NCBI RefSeq assembly: GCF_009914755.1
Contig: NC_060925.1
Direction: 5' to 3' (one strand)
Origin: the human T2T-CHM13v2.0 reference genome, Homo sapiens
Length of the DNA stretch: 64,000 nucleotides
Shown in pieces: positions 44,585 through 64,000 of the stretch; the first letter of the stretch is position 1, and every line of letters starts with the position of its first letter. A model generated the notes under the pieces. The model was not told the origin of the DNA, did no database searches, and saw only the letters and a program-made list of their open reading frames with translations. Made by a program: the position numbers and the translations under genes.

Positions 44585-47500
44585 CTGTGCCACAATCTTT
44601 TAGTTTGATGTAGTTGTATGTGTTTATTTTTGTTTATCTTGTCTATACATTGGGATTCATAGCCAAAATATCATGCCAAGGTCAATGTTATGGAGGATTT
44701 CCCCTGTTTTCTTCTAGGGATTCTTTGGTTTCAGATGTTATGTTTAAATTCCTTTTCAATTTTCAATTTATTCCTGTGCATAGCATAACACTCCAATTTC
44801 ATTCTTTTGCATGTGGGCCTCCAATAATTCCAACGCTATTTATTGAAGAGACTATCCTGTCTCCATTAGGTGTTTTGGGCATGTTATTGAAGATTCTTTG
44901 ACGATATTGGTGTAGGCTTTCTATTCTGCTCCATTCTTCTATGTGACTGTTTTCATACCAGTATCATATATATATATATATATTACTGTAGTTTAGTAAT
45001 ATAACTTGAAAGTGAGAAGTGTGGTACCTCCTACTTTGTTCGTCTTGCTCAAGATCAGTTTGGGTAATTATAGTCTTTTGTAATTTCATACAAATTTTAG
45101 GATTTATTTCTGTTTCTGGAAAAATGCCATTGGACTTTTGATAGGGATTACATTGAATCTGTAGATTGCTTTGTGTAATAGCATTTTGACAATATTAATT
45201 TCTCACATTGATGAACACAGAATGTCTTTCAATTTCTATTACTTTTCTACTCTCTATTTCTCTATTTTGCTTTGATCTTTCTTATTTTCTTTCTTCTATT
45301 AACTTTGGGCTTAGTTTGCTCTTCTTTTTTTCTAGTTCCTTGAGGTTTAATGATAGATTGTTTATTTGAAATATTTGTGTTTTTTTTAATGTAGGTGTTT
45401 GTCATTTCAAATTTTCATCTTAGCACTGTCTTACTGCATCCCACAAGCTTTGGTGTATTGTGTTTTCATTTTTGTATCAAGATTTCTTTATTTTCCTTTT
45501 TATTTCCTTTTTAAACCACCAGTTTTTAAGAATTGTGTTATGTTCACTTCTTTTTGAATTTTCCAGTTTTCCTCCTGTTAATTGATTTCTAGTTGTATAC
45601 CATTGTGGTCAAAAGAGATACTTGATAAAATTTCAATCTTCTTAAATGTATTAAGACATTTTGTGACTTCAAGTATGCTCTATTTTAGAGGATGTTTCTT
45701 GTTAGCTTGAAAAGAACACCTGTTCTCCGGCTGTGGATGAAATGTGAACATACATCTGTTAGGTCCGTTTGGTCTAAAGTGCAGATCAAGTCTAATTTTT
45801 TTTTCCTAACAGATTGTCTGTCTAAATGATCTATCCATTGTTGTAATTGGAGTATTGATAATTTCAACAGTGTCAATAAGGTTACCTATATCTGTAGTAT
45901 TATTGATTGCTCTGTATCTCTCCCTCCAGATATTAATGTTTGCTTTACATTTTCAAGTGCTCTAATGTTAAGTGCATATTTATTTATAATTGTTTCATCC
46001 CTTTAATCAACTCATCCCTTTATCATTATATAGTGACCATCTTTATCACCTGTTAGAGTTTTATCTTAAGGTATATTTTGCCTGATATAAGGATAGTTAT
46101 CCATGTTGTTTTTTTGTTTTAATTTGCATGGAATATCAAATTTTCTCATCCCCTAAATTCACACCATATGTGTCCTTGAAGCTGAAGTGAGTCTCTTGTA
46201 GGCAGTATATTGTTGGGTCTCCTTTTGTAATCCATTCAGCCACTCTGGCTTTTGAATGTAGAATAGAATGAATTTATCTTCAAGGTAATTATTGATAGAT
46301 AAGAACATACAATTGACATTTTGTTCATTGCTTTTCAGCCTTTTAACATATTTTTGTTCCTTTATTTCTCCCTTGCTGTCGTTCTTTGAGATTTTATGAT
46401 TTTCTGTAGTGACATGCTTTGATTTCTCTTTGTCTTTTGGGTATCTACTATAGGTTTTTGCTTTCCGAATAGCATGAAGCTTATACATACTATCTTGTAG
46501 TTGGAGCAAACTATTTTAAACTGAGGTTTGATCATATTCAAAACTCTATACTTTTACTCAGCCCACTATATTTTATATATTTGGTGTCACATTATATATT
46601 TTTAATATTCTATATCTATTAACAAATTATTGTAGCTATAATTATTATTATTTTGGATTTTAAGCTTCATACTAGCAATAAAACTGATTTACACACCACT
46701 ACTACACTATTAGAGTGTTCTGTATTTTTTATATATTTACCTTAATCAATGAGTTTCATACTTTTCTGTGCTTTCATGTTGCTCTATAGCAAACTTTTGC
46801 TGCAAATTCAGAAATTCTTTAAAATAATTATTTTGAATTCTTTGTCAAGAAGTTTATAGATTTTTGTATTTTTGCAAGGTTTTTCATGTCAAATAATTGT
46901 TTTAAAGGAGAGTAATTAGTTACAAGAGAATAAATAGGCAATTCAACCAAAACTTGAAAAAAAACAAAACACAAACCAATTGAGAAGTTCCACAGACAGA
47001 TTGAAAAAATAGAACCCAAACTAAAATTCTAGAGCTAAAGCATAAAATAAATGAAATAAAGAATGTAAAATGAAGAATCAACAGCAAAATTGAGCAAGAA
47101 GAAAGAATCTGTGAATTTGTTTCAGTCAGGAGCAACCTGCAAAGGGTATTTCAGAGATAAGATCTCTTCATCCTAGAAAATATCAGTAGTCTCTTTCACC
47201 ACAAGTTCAGCTGACAAAGAGACTAAACCAGTTCATCTTCCTTCTAGTCTTATTCCTCGGCCATTTGCCAATAAAGAGAGTGAATAGATTGAAGGTCAAC
47301 TGCTTTAATTACGTCCTCACACTGCTGAATGAAGTTTGTTCAACAATTGCCAAGCTGATCATCTAGCATATTCTTTGCTATTGCTTACAACACGTCCTGA
47401 CTTCTAAAATTAGATTTGTACATAGGCTCAAAGCCCAGCATATCCCAGTAGCTCACTGTTCAAAGTAATAAATATTTGATTAGGTCTTTAAGGCTAAAGA

Positions 47501-47585
47501 CCTCAAAATTTCTAAGAAGTTTGTGCCATAGACAAAATCTGTTGGTTATTTTCTTTATATATAAGTCCACCTTTTACTGTATTAG

Positions 47586-47917
<332 letters not shown>

Positions 47918-48728
47918 CTCTATACTGGTTCTTATAACTTATTTGGGCTGGAAATCTCATAGTTTTAACATAGATGAAGGGGTTATTTTCCTATAGATTT
48001 TGATTTTTTTGTTACATTCAATTTTTATTAAAGGGGAGTTGGAGTGGAAATACTTTTGCTCTGCATCTTCAAATACAAAAAATGAAACATTTCAAAAGAC
48101 CTACCATGCCATAACTGAAATTTCTGTGGTTTGAAGAAATCTACCAAAAAAAAAAAATTGCTTCAACTATATATGTTTGATTTTTTTGTGAATTAGCTAA
48201 AAGTTTTGTAAGACTTTATATTAACTTTGGAAAGATGCGAAAAGCTTTTGAAAAGCAAATGATTACATTTCTAGTTATTGTTTTGAATTCTAAAAGTGTG
48301 TGAATGACACAGGCAAATATAAGTGTAAAAACAAGGGTAAGAAAAGGAAAACCACAACTGATCTTTACATTCACTTTTAACTATTTTAAATAAGAATCAT
48401 CAATGGAGTTCAATTTTATGGTCAGTGATAAGGAATTTAATTCACTTCAAGAAGAGAGCAAAAAATACTGCATTAGATTATGTAGGCATTTTAAAAATAT
48501 ATACTTTTGGTTAATATTTTTATATATTTTGGATTAACTAGAGAATCAAAGGTAAAATTATCCTAAGGCCTAAGAAATTATTGGCCAGTTTCCACTAAAT
48601 GATAAGTTTTCTGGAGAAAATGCAATACCTGTTTTATCTTTTTACCTCTCATATCTAGAATTATACATTGCTGGTGGTGTGCATTGTACTGCTGTCAATT
48701 TGTGATAGAAATATTTAAACAATGTTTT

Positions 48729-49541
48729 GCATTTCTCTGATGGCCAGTGATGATGAGCATTTTTTCATGTGTCTTTTGGCTGCATAAATGTCTTCTTTTG
48801 AGAAGTGTCTGTTCATATCCTTTGCCCACTTTTTGATGGGGTTGTTTGTTTATTTCTTGTAAATTTGTTTGAGTTCATTGTAGGCTGGAGAGGATGTGGA
48901 GAAATAGGAACACTTTTACACTGTTGGTGGGACTGTAAACTAGTTCAACCATTGTGGAAGTCAGTGTGGCGATTCATCAGGGATCTAGAACTAGAAATAC
49001 CATTTGACCCAGCCATCCCATTACTGGGTATATACCCAAAGGACTATAAATCATGCTGCTATAAAGACACATGCACACGTATGTTTATTGCGGCACTATT
49101 CACAATAGCAAAGACTTGGAACCAACCCAAATGTCCATCAATGGTAGACTGGATTAAGAAAATGTGGCACATATACACCATGGAATACTATGCAGCCATA
49201 TAAAAGGATGAGTTCATGTCCTTTGTAGGGACATGGATGAAACTGGAAATCATCATTCTCAGTAAACTATCACAAGGACAAAAAACCAAACACCACATAT
49301 TCTCACTCATAGATGGGAATTGAACAATGAGAACACATGGACACAGGAAGGGGAACATCACACTCTGGGGACTGTTGTGGGGTTGGGGGAGGGGGGAGGG
49401 TTTAGCATTAGGAGATATACCTAATGCTAAATGATGAGTTAATGGGTGCAGCACACCAGCATGGCACATGTATACATATGTACTAACCTGCACATTGTGC
49501 ACATGTAACCTAAAACTTAAAGTATAATAATAATAAAACAA
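48729..49541 (+). mobile_element. Young L1PA (about L1PA2/3) 5'-truncated, 5'-inverted insertion with target-site duplication
   Basis: Antisense piece 48729-48883 and sense piece 48884-49541 encoding the ORF2 C-terminus (HCWWDCKLVQPLWK...EYYAAI) plus 3'UTR. TSD AGAAATATTTAAACAATGT(TTT) at 48707 and 49542. Confidence 0.93.
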
Positions 49542-52080
49542 AGAAATATTTAAACAATGTTTTTAAATAATATTCTCCTAATTAATTAGTATTTCTCAAT
49601 TACAATGTCAGTGTTTTCTTTTCATTTATACCATGTCATTTGTCACTAAAGACCCTAAATATTCTTTCTAATGAGTTAAAAGAACATGAATAGCAAATTT
49701 TCAGCAAAACAATACTTGTCAAACAGAAAGATGGAAAAAGAAATCCTATTTAGTTTAAAATACAGAGAGGACTGACACTGATGGAATACAAATGTCTAAG
49801 AAAGAAGTGTACAGAATTCCTATAGTAACACTGAATTTTTGTAAAATATACCTCCAGGAACAGAGGCTCCATTTTAGATATCATTGTGTGTGAAAAGCAT
49901 TCTTTCTTAGCAAAGTTCCAATATTCCTCTTCAATTTCAATATGACATTTTATTCTAAGGTTAATAGATATTACTAATGTCCTAATTGTCCTAATATGTA
50001 GAATATCAGCTACAACAAGACAAGAAATATACAGCAGATAATTCTGTGGCTTTAATGTTATTGCGAGACTAACAGAGAAATCAATTTGGACTCAATGTAA
50101 GATCTTCATACATTCAGTCCCAAATAAGTCCCAAATAAGGCATTGCCATTGTGAAAAACTTTGAGTTTAGGTCTGGTAAGATAAGTTACTAAATATTAAT
50201 AATAATCACAGCACTCTGTTAAGGCACATATCTCAAAATATGTCTAAAATGTAAACATTGTAACAAGTGCTATATATTTGGACAACATTATAAATACATT
50301 TGGATGACTGAGTGAAACATGTCGGTTTCCAGCAGAATTATTTATACGTGTGTGCCAGAGGACAGGGAGCTTGGAGCAGTTCTAGGCACTGAAGCAAGTT
50401 TAAAGCAACAACCCCAGACAGTCCAAAAAGGAGGTAAATAATGTGTGTTTTAGTCTGTTTGGGATACAATAACCAAATACCATAAATTGAGTGGCTTATA
50501 AAAGCAGAAATTTATTTTCCACAGTTCGGGAGGCTAAATTCAAAATCAAGCAGATTTTGTGTCTGGTGAAGACTAACTTCATAGTTCCTAGAGGGCAGCT
50601 TGTGGCTGTGTCCTCATTTGCTGGAAAAGGCAAGCATCTTATTCATAATAGCACTAAAAAGAGTTCCACTCCCAAGTTCCTAATACTATGCCCTCAGGTG
50701 TTAAAATTTCAACATATTACATTTGGGGGTGCACATTCAGACCATAACAATGTGTGATTATTGAAATAATTCTAACAGTGTTGTCATTACTAACAGCTAA
50801 TGATGGATTCATTGAGACTTCTGAAGTGTTCCTGCTTGCCTACAGGGTTTACTATAATACATACATATATATATATATATAGCAAGGAAACTGCAATATA
50901 TATATATTGTAATGTATATAGTAATATATTTCTTGTTCTGAGAATAAGACAAGATCATGAGGTTGTATCCTAGAATGAAGTTTAATGCCTATAAGAATCC
51001 AAGAAACGTAATCCATGTAATCGGAAATGTTTTATTTCTTCATGGTGGATTTCTCGACATGATCAGAAGCTGTACTGATGGTATAATTCAACTAATGAGA
51101 AAGACTGCAAGAGTCAAGAACTTTCTTCTTCTCAAGAGATTGAGAAACCATTAGGGAAAAAATCTCATAAAGAAAGAAAGGCAAAACTTTGTCAAAGGAT
51201 AAAGGACAACAAATGATTCTGAGATCTAAATAGTGTCTCTTGACCTCAGACTTGTTGTTCTTGTTGTTGTTGTTGCTTGGCAAGTCCACAGACTGATGGT
51301 TAAGGCCAGAGAAGGAAATTATGCATACAAACTGAAAATCTTTGTCATAAATTTGGATTAAAAAGCAACAATGATTTGAGACCTAACGTAGCACATCACT
51401 GTTGAGGGAAAGAGATTCTTCACAAACAAAACAAGACTTTGGCATACAAAGAGCTTCCACCCATCAGTAAGTAGATGAGTTCCATTAGTGGTTTTGCCGT
51501 GAAAGAAGAACTTCAATACAGCATGACCTTTTTACAAAAAGCATTAGCATCAGCAGGAAAGAGACTGTTCCTATACTGATTAAAAGGCAATTTCACCTGG
51601 CTGCTTAACAGGCACCTCAGGAGCCATAATATAAAGAAGGAACATAGCTGGTACTGCATGATTCTGAGGAATATGTTCAGACATGAGATATGGTACCCAG
51701 CCCTTCAGATAGAGAATTTGGAGGCATTGAAAGCAAGCTGTAAGTGCCACAGTAATAAACGGTGTCAGTCTTAGACACACAATGAAACATAAAACTTGGA
51801 ACTCATTTTCACTTAAATCTGGAAGTTAATACCTCACTCGAGAAACAAAGCTGCTCTTTAAAGAACACATTCTATTCAACAAGGCTGCACTTTCAGGGAG
51901 AATAACAGATTAATTACTCATGAGTCCAGGATATGATGAACAATTAAGATTACGTGGAAATAGAAGACCCTGGAGACATAAAGGGACATGAGGGACATAT
52001 ATGTGTGAGAGAAGGTGAAAGTGAGTACAGAGAAAAACAGTTTTGGAGAAAGACTACAGAACAAAAGAAGCAGTCAGTTA

Positions 52081-52300
52081 GGCTGGGTGCAGTGGCTTAC
52101 GCCTGTAATCCCAGCACTTTGGGAGCCTGAGGCAGACGTATCAACTGAGGTCGAGAGTTTGAGACCAGCCTGATTAACACGAAGAAACCCCATCTCAGGA
52201 TCCCTTGAACCCGGGAAGCGGAAATTGCAGTGAGCCAGGATCGTGCCATTGCACCACAGCCTGGGCAACAAGAGTGAAACTCCATCTAAAAAAAAAAAAG
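52081..52300 (+). mobile_element. Alu with internal deletion (paralog of 1976-2297)
   Basis: The left arm joins the distal right arm at CATCTC|AGGATCCC (about 52196). Confidence 0.88.
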
Positions 52301-54958
52301 AAGCAATTGGTGTTAGGATAAATGCTTTGGCTTTTGAATGACAAATACAATCGAGCTGACTGAAGTACAAAGAAATCTGTTAGGCTTTCTAACTGGGATA
52401 CGTAGGGATACAATATATTAGACCTAACTCCAACACACAGCCTGGAGTAAAGCCCAGGCAAACTGCAATATGAAGCAGAACTGCCCTTAAATAACCTGGA
52501 AATTTGGGAGAAAAAAATATGTTGTTTAACGTTACTGAGAATTTAAGGTTGTTTTGTAACATTATTGCAGCAGAAAATTAAATATTAAACATTTTTATCT
52601 ACTTATGAGTTACATTCAACTCATTAAATGTACCAAAAATGCTTGGGGAAATAGTAACAAAATTTCCACATGTGATTAGATTATTTCACAGTACTCTTTT
52701 AAAAATTTTAATTTTTTAACATTTCAAAAACATTTCCCATGTAAGATATTAAAATAAAATATATAAAAATATCACATTTTAAATTTTATTTTCTATACTT
52801 GAATTTAAAGGCAACATTTTATGGCTGTATAAATGTTTTCAAGCCTGCTAGGACAGGGAGGAAAAAGGTGGAACAGGCGTTGATCTCACCTCAATCCACT
52901 GAAACTTAAGACAGAAAACCTCACTGAGAGTTTTTCTACACTGGGTTCCACATAACATTTCAATTTTCCATGGGGCAAGAAGGTGAGATTATTTTTCTAC
53001 GTTAAAAAGTAAGTTTGTAACCTTCTTTACTACATAGTCATCTTACACAAAAAATTTTTAAAAATCTTCTTACTACTAAAAGTAATTTGTTTGTGTATCT
53101 CTTAATTAAATCTAAATATAGTTTAAAAACAATAATTATGCTAAATTAGACATCATAGAGGAAATATCTCCTTTCTTCATAGCATAGGTAATCACAGTAT
53201 GAAAAAACGCTTTTTCCTATAACTCCTATAATCATATCATTTCCAGAAGATGTCCTGTGTTAAAAAATCTCAGTGTGATGTTAATAACAAATGGCATATT
53301 TTAATCCACTAAAGAGAGATCTATATCTCCTGCCATCTTTGAAAGTTTATATCTATAATTTTTTTCTTTCCAAAGCTGTGATTATTCCAACACACTATGA
53401 TAACTTAAAAGTTATCAATGTAAAATATTTTGGTTCACTGGGAAGGATACACCTTTTTAAATTTTTAATTGTTGTTGGTACATTGCAGGTGTATAAACTT
53501 ACAGGGCATGTGTCATATTTTGATACAGGCAGACAATGTGTAATAATAACATTAGGGTAAATGGGTTATCCATCACCACAAGCATTTATCCTTTATGTTA
53601 CAATCCAATTATATTCTTTTATTTATTTTAAAATGCACAATTAAGTTGTTATTGACTATAGTCACCCTGTTGTGCTGTCAAATACTAGGTCTTTTTCATT
53701 CTTCTGTTTTCTATACCCATTGAACATTCCCACTTGCTTCCCATCCACCCTTCTCAGCCTCTAGTAACCATCTTTCTACTCTTTATGACCATGAGTTCCA
53801 CTGTTTGTATTTCTAGCTCCCACAAATAAATGAGAACATGTGATGTTTGTCTTTCTGGGCCTGGCTTATTTTACTTCACATAATAATGTACAGTTCCATC
53901 TATGTTGTTGCAAATGACAGGATCTCATTTTTTTTTATAGCTGAATAGTACTCCATTGTATGTATGTACCACATTTTCTTTATCCATTCATCTGTTGATG
54001 GATATTTAGGTTGTTTCCAAGTCTTAGCTATTGTGAACAGGGCTGGAATAAACATGGGAGTGCAGATATCATTTCAATATACTGATTTTCTTACTTTTGG
54101 GTATATACCTAGCTGTGAGATTGCTGGATCACATCATAGCTCTATTTTTAGTTTTTTGATGAACCTCCAAACTGTTTTCCATAGCAGCTGTACTAATTTA
54201 CATAACCATAAAAAGTGTATGATGGTTCACTTTACTCCACATCCTCACCAGCAATCCTTATTGCCTGTCTTTATATAAAAGCCATTTTAACTGGGGTGAG
54301 ATAATATCTCATTGTAGTTATTATTTGTATTTCTCTGATCGATGATGTTGAGCACATTTTCATTTGCTTGTTTGCCATATGTCTGTCTGCTTTTGAGAAA
54401 TGTCTATTTAAATCTTTTGCCCACTTTTTGATCCAACTATTAGATATGTTTCCTCTAGAATTGTTTGAGCTGCTTAGATATTCTGGTTATCAATTACTTG
54501 TCAGATGTGTGAAAGGACAATATACTGGGCCCCTGAAATCACTAGGGAAAATTCAAGCGGGAAACTGCCTAGGACAAACCTTCCTCCCATTCTACTCAAA
54601 GTCACTCCTCTGCTCACTGAGATAGATACATATCTGATTTTATTCCTTTGGAAAGGCTAAGCAGAAACTCAAAATACCAGGGGATTTCAAGATTTCAGTC
54701 TAAACCTTCACCCAGTAAGTGCTTTTTGTCCCACAATAACAGTCATTCATGGTACTCTATGAAAAGATATTTCATCCCGAGTGAATACCCTCATCCCTCT
54801 CCATTTTAGTTGCTTTTCCTTCATGTAAAAGCTCACCACTGCTAAATGAATTTGAACAGTTTATTAATGAGACAAGTTAATTTTCTACAGCTGGGAGGCA
54901 TATATAGTGACAGTCTGTTAAACCTCAAACCTCTCTTTCTAGCTTCTGCCTGGAAGAA

Positions 54959-64000
<9,042 letters not shown>

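Noticed and set aside
48805-49203. 132-aa ORF with L1 ORF2 C-terminus
   Set aside because: Chance fusion across the twin-priming junction of a truncated L1; no promoter or true start.

Overview
This is primate genomic DNA, almost certainly the human amylase cluster on chr1p21. It contains: (1) a complete salivary alpha-amylase gene on + (AMY1A-type, 10 coding exons, 27198-35387, 511 aa); (2) its known composite promoter, a gamma-actin processed-pseudogene 3'UTR split by a 7.8-kb antisense HERV-E provirus; (3) the last 6 coding exons of a nearly identical copy on - (AMY1B-type), so 29703-38743 and 54959-64000 form palindrome arms; (4) a 16.2-kb spacer holding an older, diverged inverted copy of the amylase upstream flank (1-14178 vs 39270-54261). 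That copy is fused by a deletion to an orphan amylase coding exon 3 and cut at an apparent inversion breakpoint at about 38743. The rest is L1, Alu, ERV and DNA-transposon remnants. I found no new biological system. The points worth checking are the breakpoint structures, the orphan exon, paralog-specific markers and lesions in the provirus. Repeat subfamily names, percent identities and comparisons to reference genes are by eye or from memory, not computed.
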